A stretch of 55,574 nt of DNA, taken from Gracilinanus agilis. Lineage: Eukaryota. The notes below the pieces were generated by a model. It ran no database searches. It had not been told where the DNA came from and saw only the letters and a program-made list of their open reading frames with translations. The position numbers and the translations under genes are program-made. Every line of letters begins with the position of its first letter. Positions within the stretch are counted from its first letter, which is position 1. Where the stretch lies: assembly GCF_016433145.1 (NCBI RefSeq), contig NC_058131.1:401709440-401765013 (forward strand). The letters are read 5' to 3'. Shown one piece after another: positions 21,873-33,757 of the stretch.

Positions 21873-24278
21873 AGAAATGAGAGCAGGATCTCTGGCAGAA
21901 AACCTTGAATCCTCTGGTATTAATAAGGGCTCCTTTTTCTCACAACTCTGCTGACTAATTAAAGTATCTGCATAATTGGGCTGGGGGAAAAGCAATTGGC
22001 TTTTCCTAGAATCCATGGTGAGGGAAACCTCATGGGAATAAGTCTGGAGAAAAGCCTGAACTCCTTCAAGACCCATAAACTGGGAAGGTGGGCCACTGGA
22101 GGACTGTAACAGCTGTGAATTTCGCCAGGACCTTAACTTGATCACCAATAAGACAATGATGAAGACAAAGAACAGAGAAGACACCACAGCCACTGCAATT
22201 ACAAGATAAAGAGTGAGATTTGCGTCTTCCAGGTCTCCTGGAGTCTCCGGATTGCTGAGATCTGAGAGGATCTCGGGGATGCTGTCAGCCACAGCCACTG
22301 TGACACTAACTGTTGCAGATAAAGGAGGTTCCCCATTGTCAGAGACTGCCACCGTTAGAATCTGTTTGAGGGAGTCTTTGTCATGGAAAGTTCGGGCTGT
22401 CCTGATCTCACCTGTGTGCAGATCCACTGAGAAAAGCCCAGGCTCTGTTACTTTCAGCAGACGGTAGGATAGCCAGGCATTCTGGCCAGAGTCTGCATCC
22501 ACTACCACTACCTTGGTCACCAGGTAGCCTGGCTCTGCAGAGCGAGGAGCCAACTCCACTCCTGTGGAGCCATCAGTGGGGAAAGTGGGGTACAGGATTT
22601 CTGGGGCATTATCATTTTGATCCAGGATGAACAGAGTTAGAGACACGTTGCTGCTGAGAGGTGGATCGCCCCAGTCCTTGGCAGTTACTTGAAGCTGCAA
22701 ATCCCGAAATTGTTCGTAATCAAAAGAGCACAGAGCATAGAGGACGCCAGTCTCAGAGTTAATAGAGATGTAGGAGGAGAGAGAGGCCCCATAGAAAATA
22801 TAATCCGTAATGGAGTAAGTGATTCGGGCGTTCTCTTCAGTGTCAGAGTCACTAGCGGTCACTGAATAAATGGAAGAGCCTCTTGGATTATTTTCAGGTA
22901 TGTAGGCAGAATAGGACTTCTGACTGAAGCTGGGAGGGTTGTCGTTGGTGTCTTCTACTTGTAGGGAGATGTGAATGTTTGTAGATAACAATGGAGTTCC
23001 TTGGTCTATGGCTGTTACTGTGACATTGTACATGGATGTCTGTTCCCTGTCTAGAGTTCTGTCAGTCACTAAACTGTAATAATTTGCATATGATTTTTCT
23101 AATTTAAAAGGCAAGTGACCATGAATGGAACACATAATGTGACCATTATTCCCAGAGTCTCGGTCATGCACCTTTAAAAGGGCAATCACAGTTCCTGGAG
23201 GTGAGTTTTCAGGGATTGAACTGGCAGAAGAAGTGACCGTCACCTCCGGAGGATTATCATTCACATCTAGTACCCTGACCAGTACCTTTGCACTAGTTAG
23301 AAGACCACCACCATCCTGCCCTTGAATTTCCATTTCATAGATTTTCGATTCCTCATAATCCAGTGATTCTTCAAGTATTAGTTCCCCTGTCCGGGAATTT
23401 AGCTGGAAAATCTCTGAAGCTTTGTCGTCGATGTTCCGAAAAGAATAAGTTACTTCTCCGTTGACTCCCTCATCCGAATCCGTAGCGTTCACTGCTAGCA
23501 GCAGCTTCCCCTTGGGCACGTTTTCTCGAACACTCACGCTGTACAAGGACTGAGTAAATACTGGGGCGTTGTCGTTCGCGTCTAGGACCAACACGCGGAT
23601 TCGAGCAGTTCCAGACAGGCCTGGATCTCCTCCATCCAAGGCCTTGAGGATAAGCTGGTGAACAGATTCTTCCTCCCGGTCCAGGGCCCGTTCCAACACC
23701 AGTTCCGGGTACTTGGCCCCATCGATCCCACTTAGCACATTCAGAGAAAAGTGATTGTTCTGACTTAGCTGGTAGCTCTGGAGGGAATTTACTCCTATGT
23801 CTGGATCCCTCGCACTGGGAAGCCCAAAACGTATACCCGGGGCCGCGTTTTCATTAATTTTTATTTCCACTTCATCTGTCCGGAAGCGTGGAGCGTTATC
23901 ATTAATGTCCGTCACTTCTATTTCTAAGCCATAAATTTTCACTTTGTCCTCCATTAAAATTTCCACATTTAAAAGACAACTAGAAATTCCAAGACAAATT
24001 TTCTCTCTGTCTATTCTGTCCGCGGTGATTAAGCTGCCGCTTCTGACATTGAGAGCGAAATGTTGCTTACCTCCGGAAACTATGCGGGCTCCTCGCTCTG
24101 ACAGCTTGTGGGGCTCCAGACCCAGGTCCTTGGCGATGTCACCCACGAAAGAGCCCTTCTCCATCTCCTCGGGAATAGAGTAATGGATATGCACAGCCCG
24201 GGTCTCCCACAGCGATCCCAGGAGACAGCAAAGCAGGATTCTCCCTCTGTAGTGCCAAAGCTTCTGCGGAGAGATCAT
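21873..24278 (-). CDS. PCDHGA: Protocadherin gamma A-type variable exon (resembles gamma-A11 from recall), 802 codons
   Basis: ORF 21792..24281, whose first codon is GTG; the first ATG is at 24278. Six EC repeats, A-type motifs QNAWLSY and [14 protein letters not shown]. Donor TCT|GTGAGT at 21873/21872, phase 0. [14 protein letters not shown] and [13 protein letters not shown] match my recall of human PCDHGA11. Confidence 0.95.
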
Positions 24279-24516
24279 CACTGCATCCCCAGCTGAATGG
24301 TTTGGATTTCCTATTTTTTCCGGTTATCTCTGAACTGATTCTTGTTTTTCCTCAAGACATCGGGAATATTGACATTCACTGAAGGAGTCCGAAAGGCTCT
24401 GGGGCTCTTGATCTGGGTCTCCGTGAAAATCAGCAATGAGCCTTTCGGTTCTGTGGTCTTTGTATTGTGAGAGAAAAGACAGGCAGGCGGGATCTCGCAG
24501 AACCTTTTTCTTCCGG

Positions 24517-24558
24517 ATTGGTGAACAGCGACGCCCAGAGCCTTAATCAATTATTGCA
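24517..24558 (-). promoter_or_regulatory. Pcdh promoter CSE with CCAAT box of exon 21873-24278
   Basis: Coding strand TGCAA-N13-CTCTGGGCGTCGCTGTTCACCAAT, about 250 nt upstream of the ATG. Confidence 0.9.
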
Positions 24559-25289
24559 TCCTTTTAGGTAAACTTCGTAGATTAACAAAATATTAACGAT
24601 GTATGTGATTTTCTTGTTTTTGTTTTACATGCATTTCTTTAAGAGAAGGCAACAGTGATTGTATGCAGTTTTCGGTTAGTTACGCAAACATGAATGCTCC
24701 TTGTAGCTTTAAATTTCAATTACCTTTTCCCATTACACCCTTGGAATACTAGGATTTCATTACTAGGGATTCTTATAAGATGAAAAAAATCAATGAAGTA
24801 ACTTAATTGTGTTTAAAATGTGAATACATTTTAGGAGTGAATTCTCATCTCCAAAAAGTTCCAGCATTTGTTTTATCCTTTTATTTTAAAGAAAACATTC
24901 CCCATATAATTTGTCGTGTATAACCCTCAAAGTTTTACCTAATTAGCCCAAAATGCCAAAATGGACTCTATAAGAACAAGAATATATTGAGTTCTCATTT
25001 TAAAACGAGTATGTAAGAAAATAACTTTAATAAAAGAAGTAACTTTTTTTTTATCATTCTTAAGGGTAAGAAAATGATGAGAAATAGTCTAAACCACATT
25101 GAAAAGATTATTCCAATTTACCATTCTAATTCTGTTGATAAAATTCATCAGAAACCATAGTGGATATAATGTTACCACATATAATTAAAGATTCAGGTTG
25201 ATGGACATGTTAAACAATGCTAATGGGAGTGAAAATTCTTTTACTTTATCTCATACCTATGTAGAACTAAGGAGGGAATTATATTATTA

Positions 25290-25388
25290 TGCATCTACCG
25301 CCACCACCTTGGTGACCAGATGGCCAGGCTCAGCTGATCCAGGGATCATGTCAAAGAGGGCTGAGCTGTCAGGGTCCAGTAGTGGATA
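25290..25388 (-). pseudogene. 99-nt same-orientation copy of the EC5-EC6 linker/EC6 start of the adjacent exon, in the intron
   Basis: 93/99 identical to 26168-26266. Flanked by the 12-nt direct repeat ATATTATTATGC at 25281-25292 and 25386-25397. Confidence 0.95.
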
Positions 25389-25537
25389 TTATTATGCCAT
25401 AGGCATAGAACTATATCAATCAACCAAAAATAAAGCATTTTTAGATCAAATATATAGCTATAATGATTTGCATATGGTTTTAGGTAGAAGATGTTAGTGA
25501 AGTTCAATATTTGGTAATATATTTAGTAGAACCCTAC

Positions 25538-27955
25538 CTGTCCAAGAGTGTTGGAATGACAATTGACATCACCATTTAAGTTATTCTTGAATAACATGGA
25601 AGCAATATTTGTGTTGAAAAGTTCTGGAGGACACTGGTCAGTTGATTTCAGGTAATTAAATTCTGTATGTCCTGGATCTGGTGCTACACACAGATTATAG
25701 GAATAAGGCAAAGTTCCTTCACTGTAGTTTGGGGGGATATTGAGTTCAGATTTAGAGTGAAGATCCCCCCGGAAACAGCTCCATACTCTAGGATCAGAGG
25801 ATCTCTGAAGGTGCAGAGCAATGGCCAATGTCACAGTCACGAGAAATAGTAGAGATATTAGGGCCAGAGCCACAACCAAGTAAAACTGTATCTCAGATTG
25901 GGATTCGGAGGTGGTTGTACGCTCCTCCTTCATCTCAGGCAATGCCTCCTGCAGACTGTCTGCAAAGACTAGATGCAGAGCCACAGTGGCCGACAGAGGG
26001 GGCTGGCCTCCATCCTGCACGGAGACCAGAAGGCGGTGCCGAGCTGCATCTCGGTCAGTCAAAGCCCTCGCAGTCCTGATCTCGCCTGTGCGCAGCCCCA
26101 GGCTGAAGAGCCCGGGATCCGTGGCCTGCAGCACGCGGTAGGCCAACCAGGCGTTGTGTCCAGAGTCTGCGTCCACTGCCACCACCTTGGTGACCAGATG
26201 GCCAGGCTCAGCTGATCGAGGGATCATGTCAAAGAGGGCTGAGCTGTCGGGGTCCAGTGGTGGATAGAGGATGTTTGGGGCATTGTCATTGCTGTCCAAG
26301 ATAAACACTTGTAAGGTGACATTGGTACAGAGGGAGGGAGAACCTGCATCCTGGGCCTGCACAATCAGTTCAAAGGTATGAACTTGCTCATAGTCAAAGG
26401 AACGCTGAGCAAATAAGTCCCCACTGTTACCATTAACAGACACATAGGAGGATAGAGGCAGGAAGGGTAAGTTGCTACTGAGGATGGAGTAGGACACCTG
26501 GCCATTTTTTTCCAGGTCTGGGTCAGTGGCTGAGATTTGGGCTATGGAGGCTCCAGAGGGATTGTTCTCAGGTACATAAATGACATATGAGGTTTGGAGG
26601 AAAGTGGGGGGATTGTCATTGATGTCTGCAATGTACAGGGAAATTATTTTGCTGGTGGACAGAGCAGGATTCCCCTTGTCTGTGGCTGTCACAGTAATGT
26701 TATATTCCAAGGTTTGCTCCCGATCCAGGGCCCCATCTGTCAATAACTTGTAGTAATTCCTGGAAGAGGACTCTATTTTAAAGGGAACAGTTCCTTCTAT
26801 ACCACACACAATCTCTCCATTCTCTCCAGTATCTCTATCATCTGTTTTAATCAGAGCAATTACTGTCCCAGGCACTGTGTCCTCAGGGATAGGATTAGAC
26901 AGAGACGTTAATGTTATTTCGGGAACATTGTCATTTTCATCCCTAACTTCTAAAACAACTTTGCATTGTGCAACCAGAGAGCCAGCATCCTTGGCTTCTA
27001 CATCCATGGTATATACCTTTGTTTCTTCAAAGTCTAGAGTCTCCTTAATAACGATTTCTCCAGTGGTTGGATCCAGTCTAAACTTGTGTGAAGCATCTTT
27101 GGTGATGCTTGTGAAGGAGAAGGTGATCTCTGCATTAACCCCCTCGTCTTTATCCGTGGCTGTCACTTGCAGTACCGAGGATCCAGAGGGCAAGTTCTCT
27201 GACACGCTTGCTCGGTAGACATCTTGACTGAAGACAGGCGGATTGTCATTAGCATCCGTGACTCTGATCCTGATCTGAGCGGTGCTACTTCGGATGGGAT
27301 CGCCCCCATCAACTGCGGTCAAGATTAAGTGGAGGGAATTCTGGATTTCTCGATCGAGGGATTTCTCCACCACCATTTCTGGATATTTACTGCCATCAGG
27401 ATTATCTTTCACTCTCAGAGAAAAATAGGGGTTCGAATTTATCTGGTAAAATTGCAAAGAATTGAGCCCAACATCTGGATCGTCAGCTGATTCAAGAATT
27501 AATCTAGTACCTGGCAGTATAGACTCACTGATTTCTAAATTTAATTCATTTCGACTGAATCGAGGCTCGTGATCGTTAATATCCTGAATCGTCACAACCA
27601 CATGGAAGATATTTAAGGGATTTTCCACTACTATTTCCAACTGTAATTCACAGGCCTGATTTTTTCTGCATATGTATTCTCGATCTATTCTGTCACTGAC
27701 CAGCAGATCCCCATTGTCTGCGTCCACGGAAAAGTATTTCTTCTCCCCAGTAACTCGCATTTTCCTGGCGGGCAAGACCCGGATACCGATCCCCAGATCT
27801 TTGGCGAGATTCCCCACCACTGACCCTTTCTCCATTTCCTCTGGAATGGAGTACCGGACCTGCTCGGAAAGCACGCAGCAGAACAAAGAAGTCAAGAAGG
27901 GAAACAGTACTTGCCTCCTCATTGTTATTCCTGGTTCCCGGGAGCGGCGCCGCAT
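25538..27955 (-). CDS. PCDHGB: Protocadherin gamma B-type variable exon (B6/B7-like), 806 codons
   Basis: ORF 25523..27955, six EC repeats, EGTLPYSYNLCVA cytoplasmic motif. Donor CAG|GTAGGG at 25538/25537, phase 0. An alternative in-frame ATG lies at 27922. Confidence 0.95.
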
Positions 27956-28212
27956 TTTTTGTCCTCAGCTCGGCAGCCCTCAGCAATCCCGAGAAACTGT
28001 AGTTTAAATCAACGTTCTAATAGTCCGCAGATAAGGAAAATCAGCCAACGCCTCAGCTTCGCGGCTCTAACGCCCCTTGTTTTGGGGTCAAGATCTGCGC
28101 AGCAAAGGGACTAGTCTCTGTGCACTGAGTCTCCTCTCTGCTGCCAGCCTAACGCCTATGCAGGAAATTTCTTTGCAGGAAGTTACAGGATGTGACTTAG
28201 CTGTCTCTCCGC

Positions 28213-28254
28213 CCTGGCCAACAGCGGCGCTCCGAGGTTTTATTAGGAACTGCA
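28213..28254 (-). promoter_or_regulatory. Pcdh promoter CSE of exon 25538-27955
   Basis: Coding strand TGCAG-N13-CTCGGAGCGCCGCTGTTGGCCAGG. Confidence 0.9.
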
Positions 28255-29593
28255 AGGCTACGTGGATTTCTAGAATCAATCTTCCTAGCGCAAAATTTTG
28301 TATAGTCTCTTGGAAAGACTCCGCCTATGATAGCCAAATACTTTAACTCTTTTCTCTTAGAGACAGCTTCAAAAGATATTTTAAAGCCTATCCCCACCCC
28401 ACCCCCGATTTCCTTATAAGTCCCGAGAAGTAATACTACACCACAATTCTCTTATTTATGCTTTTATCCAAATCCTTTCAAAATTTAGACTTCTACAAAA
28501 AAAGTTTAAAGAGGCCATTTTTATGCAACTCGTTTTTTTTGGCTCAATAGAATCCTCATTTACTTTAAAGCTGGACGGTAACAAATGTTGAGTAAGAGAA
28601 CAAACCAACCAAATGAAATTACCAAAATTATCACCATGAATCAGTCCTTCCCCAGTTATTATCAGTCCCTTCGATGTTGATTTTCAAATTTCCCAGAGCC
28701 ATTAAAAAAGAATGAGTTGGGGAAGAGGGAGTGGACTAATTTATTTGAATAGGTCTTTTTTTTTTTCAAGCTCAGAGATCGATTAGTCTTTTTCTTAAAG
28801 GGAAGCAGTCTTGGGTGAACTTAACATTTTGATTGGCTATTCTGGAAAGGAAATTGATTACCTAAACTCTATGTTCTAGGACCTGTTCCTTCCTTGGCTC
28901 AAAGTTTAGGAAAATGAATTGGAGGAACAAGAAGAAACATCCTTTTCGAAAATGTTCTTCCAGGACTATCTTGAACTCTTGTTGAATGAGTACCAACCAT
29001 GAAAAAGAAAGCAAGAGTTCTAGTGTCAATATTTCAGTGCTTCAAGACTACATGGCTTCAAACCTGCTGAAATTCTCTTTAAGTGGGCAGGATTGAAATC
29101 ATTCTACCACTTAAGAGAGCCTTTGAAATTTGCCACAAAACTAATCACCTGTTGATTTGTCTCTCCAAATTTAGAGTAGTTCATGGATTATAGAGGTAGT
29201 ATTTGTCAGTAGTCTATACTTTAACTTTTTCCTTCTTTACAGGAACTTCCAAAGTTTGTTTTACTAGAGTAGTCTTCTAGGTCCCAGAGACACCTTTACT
29301 TCAGATGAAGTATCTATGTTGGATCTTTGACATTCATTGAGAAATTAAGGTTGTTAAAGAGTCTCAGAAGGAAGGTCAAAGTATCAGTTGACAGGAAATT
29401 GAAATGAATAAAAACAAAAGAATTTGGACCATCCTTTTTATATGATTAATGAATATACAACTTAAAAAAACCCTAGTTTTTCCCCCCTAGGAAGATTACC
29501 AAGTACCATTTGTTTAGGAGGTCATGGACAGGAGTTGTATTTTTTTTTTATTAAGGACTATGTATTTTGCTCAATAAAGTTAAGAAAAAAAAA

Positions 29594-29774
29594 TCTTTAC
29601 ATTTCGTCTTAGTATCAATTCTAAGACAGAAAAGTGACAAGGGTGAGGCAACTGGGGTTAAGTGGATTGCCCAGGATCATACACACAGTAAGGAAGTATC
29701 TGAATCCAGATCTGAATCCAGGTCCTCCCAACTCCAGGTCTTGGTCTCTATTTACTGTGCTACCTACCTGCCCC
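29594..29774 (-). mobile_element. SINE1-like marsupial SINE
   Basis: gttaagtggattgcccaggatca...gtgctacctacctgcccc. Confidence 0.8.
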
Positions 29775-29824
29775 TGCTCAATGAACTTTTTCATCAGCTT
29801 CCTCTTTCAAAAAATAGCAATTTT

Positions 29825-29995
29825 GGAGGCAGCTGGGTGGCTCAGTATATGGGTCCAAATCTGACCTCAGATACTTCCTAGCTGTATGACCCTGGGCAAG
29901 TCACTTAACCCCCTTTGCCTAGCCCTTACCACTCTTCTGTCATGGAGCCAATACGCAGTATTTATTCTAAGACAGAAGGTAAGGGTTTTTTAAAA
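29825..29995 (+). mobile_element. SINE1_Mdo-type SINE with internal deletion
   Basis: ggaggcagctgggtggctcagt...gaccctgggcaagtcacttaacc...gacagaaggtaagggtttt. Confidence 0.85.
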
Positions 29996-30407
29996 ATACT
30001 AATTTTAAAGGAGGTATCTTGTATAGCCATAAGCCTTTGGATCATGTGACCACAATATGAATAGTATCATTTGGGAGGATTCAGCTGTTGACTCTGACCT
30101 CATTAACCTGGCTTTTTAATAAATTTTGATGATTAATGGGATAAACTATTGTTTTCACTAGGATAAGAATTAAAATTTAAATGTTATACTTAAATGCCTA
30201 AATAATTATTATATGGAGCACAATATCAGATGGATGAGGTAGATATGACATAGTCCATTTCAATAACATGACAATTTCAATAAAAGCTAAATAGGAATTG
30301 AGGAAACCTTATTGAATTCTTATTAAAATTCTTATTATTCCAAACCCAACCTAACACTATTAGATCATGAAGAAATAAGAGTAAAATAGACAAGGACACA
30401 AACTCAC

Positions 30408-32828
30408 GGGAACCAAAGGAGGATCACGAGTGGAACACTTTGAATCTTCTGCTACTAAGAGTGGCTCCGTTTTTTCACAGCTGTGCTGACTTAAGAGGGT
30501 ATCAGCATAATTAGGTTGGGGAAATATCAAATGGCTCTTCCGAGAGTCAGTGGTGAGAGAAACCTCATGGGAATAAGTCTGGAGAAAAGCTTGAACCCCA
30601 TCAATGCCCAAGAAGTGAGAGGCAGGGACAACACCTAAATGGTTACTACCTGAACCTAAGAGCTGGGAGGTCCGCCACCTCCATATCCTGAGTGCCAGCA
30701 AGACAATGATGAAGGCAAAAAACAAGCAAGAAACTGAAGCTACAGCTATAACGAGGTAGAGTGTGAGGCTAGAATCTTTGAGGTGGGAGGAGGCCTCTTG
30801 GCTGCTAAGATCCGAGAGGATTTCAGGGATGCTGTCAGCCACTGCAACTGTGACACTGATCGTGGAAGACAGAGGCGGTTCCCCTTTGTCAGAGACCACC
30901 ACCACTAGACTCTGTTTGAGAGCGTCTTTGTCCATGAAAGCTCTGGCAGTCCTGATTTCTCCAGTGTGCAGATCCACAGAGAAGAGTCCAGGTTCTGTAA
31001 CCTTGAGTAGACGATAGGACAACCAGGCGTTCTGGCCAGAGTCTTTATCCACCGCCACCACCTTGGTCACCAGGTACCCTGGTTCTGCAGAGCGAGGAGC
31101 CAACTCCATTCCTGTGGAGCCATCGGTGGGGATGACGGGATACAAGATTTCTGGGGCATTGTCATTTTGATCCAGGATGAACAGAGTCAGAGACACATTG
31201 CTACTGAGAGGTGGATTCCCTGAGTCCCGGGCAGTCACTTGTAGCTGCAAGTCCCGGAACTGTTCGTAATCAAGGGATTGAAGAGAATAGAGGATGCCAT
31301 TCTCTGAATTAATGGAGATGTAGGAGGATAGAGGTGCCCCTTGGAAGATGTCCTCTTCAATAGAGTAGGTGACACGAGAGTTTTCTTCGCTGTCAGGATC
31401 ACAGGCTGTCACAGAATAAATGGAAGCTCCTCTAACGTTATTTTCCTTGATGTAGGCAGTGTAGGATGCCTGACCAAAGATGGGAGGGTTGTCGTTGATG
31501 TCTGCCACCTGCAGGGAGATGTAAATGTCTGTGGAAAGGGGTGGGGAACCCTGGTCTATAGCTGTTACGGTGATATTGTACACAGAAATCTTCTCTCTAT
31601 CTAGAGTTCTATCTGTCACCAAACGATGATAACTGTCAATTGACTTGTCTAGTTTAAAAGGCAGATTCTCCGAGATAGAGCACGTGACTAAGCCATTCTC
31701 CCCAGAATCTTGGTCATGTACATTTAAAAGGGCAATTACAGTCCCTGGGGGAGAATCTTCGGTCACTGGGCTAAATAGAGAAGTGACAGTCACTTCCGGG
31801 CTATTATCATTTAAATCCAATATCGTAACCAGCACTTTAGCGCTTGCTAAAAAAGCACCACCATCCTCAGCTTGTATTTCTATTTCGTAGAAATTCGATT
31901 TCTCATAGTCTAAATCTCCAGATGTTGTTATTTCTCCACTTCTCGAGTTAACCTGGAATATCTGTAGATTTTTTTCACTTTGTCTCCGGAATGAATAGGC
32001 CACGTCCCCATTGACTCCCTCATCTGGATCAGTAGCGTTCACAGTGAGCAGCAGTGTCCCCTTAGGCACGTTCTCGGGAACATTCACGCTATATATCAAC
32101 TGAGTAAACACTGGTGGGTTGTCATTGACATCGAGCACCACCACGCGGACTTGAGCTGAGCCAGAACGCACTGGGTCTCCCCCATCCGAGGCCGTGAGGA
32201 TGAGGTGGTGAACAGGCTCCTCCTCTCGGTCCAGGGCCCGCTCCAGCACCAACTGTGGGTACTTGGCCCCGTCACCTCGGCTTTGCACAAGCAGAGAGAA
32301 GTGGTGATTGGAGCTCAGCTTATAGTCCTGAAGGGAATTCACCCCCACATCCGGATCAAATGCTTCCGGAAGAGGAAATCGCATTCCAGGTGCTGCGGTT
32401 TCAGTGATTTTAACTCCTACTTGTTCTACTTGGAATTTCGGGACATTATCATTAATATCTGTTATTTCCACTTCTACCGCAAAGAGTTTTACGTTATCCT
32501 CTACTAGCACATTGAAATTCAGCCGGCACTGGGCCTTCTGAGCGCAGAGCTCCTCCCTGTCTATTCTGTCCGCGGTGACTAAGCTGCCGCTTCTGACATT
32601 GAGAGAGAAATGTTGCTTCTTACCTCTGGAGACGATGCGGACTCTGCGCTCCGACAGTTCCCACGACTGCAGGCCCAGGTCCTTGGCGATATCGCCCACG
32701 AACGAGCCCTTCTCCATCTCCTCCGGCACTGAGTAGCGGATCTGAGTGGCCCCAGAGTCCCACATCCCCAGGAGAAAACAAAGCAGGATTTGTCCAGCGT
32801 AGTCCCGGCGCCTCTGAAAAGCAGCCAT
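30408..32828 (-). CDS. PCDHGA: Protocadherin gamma A-type variable exon (A9/A10-like), 807 codons
   Basis: ORF 30360..32828 starts MAA, six EC repeats, canonical [30 protein letters not shown] motif. Donor CCC|GTGAGT at 30408/30407, phase 0. Confidence 0.95.
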
Positions 32829-33058
32829 TGCTTTCTTGCTGCCAAATTATCGAGTTTTCCAATAATGCAGACTGTGCCTAGATCAATTCTTGTATCCTCT
32901 GTATCTTAAGCTATCGGCAGCCAAAGATTGAGATGCAAGCTTGGAGAGCTGGGTGGCTGAGTCTCCGTGCAGCCCAGACTGTGTATATCTGATATTCTGG
33001 GGCTTTGTGCTTTTGAGTTGTGAGTCGTGCCGGATCTCTCCACGCAGTTTTCTTCCCG

Positions 33059-33100
33059 ATTGGTGAACAGCGGCGCCCAGAGTCCTAATCAATTACTGCA
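33059..33100 (-). promoter_or_regulatory. Pcdh promoter CSE with CCAAT box of exon 30408-32828
   Basis: Coding strand TGCAG-N13-CTCTGGGCGCCGCTGTTCACCAAT. Confidence 0.9.
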
Positions 33101-33757
33101 TTCACGCACACATTTTGGGAAAAAAGGAAAACTGCCTAACATTTGTTATATACTTTATTTCTTGCTACATAACATTGTTCCCCATTTTCTCCTTACTATA
33201 TTCTGTGGGAAGCTATTCCTTGTTTTTTTTTCCCGCAAGTGGGAGGGACAAAGAGAGATAAAGTTCAATAGTACAATTAAATGTTAGATTCCAATAGAAT
33301 GTTTGTTAGTCTTAATTTAAACTTTATTATGTTTACATTTGGCAGATTTTCCTGAATGCCCTTGGAAACCGAGCTCTTTTTCATCTTATGTATTTCATAA
33401 GGCAGGAAATAATTTTACTTTAATTTCCGTCTCTTTTAGAAGTAGCAATTTAAATACTCCAACTCTTTTTAGTGTTTTCAGTCCTAGAATGACTGTATAA
33501 AAACATATGACTTCTTAAATATATTAAATTTATATATAGTATATATATTAAATATGTAACATCACACGCTTGTACGTTAGGATTTCATTTAACCAGCACT
33601 GCTGGAGATTAATCTTTCGTGGAAGACAGCTTTCCTATGACTTTCATTTTTCTTGAGATTACTGGGATGGTGTAAGAAATAGAAGATATGAAGATATCAA
33701 TAAAACTATTTTTTTACAGGAAGAAAAAGACCTACGGGTTCCAACGCTATTGCTACC

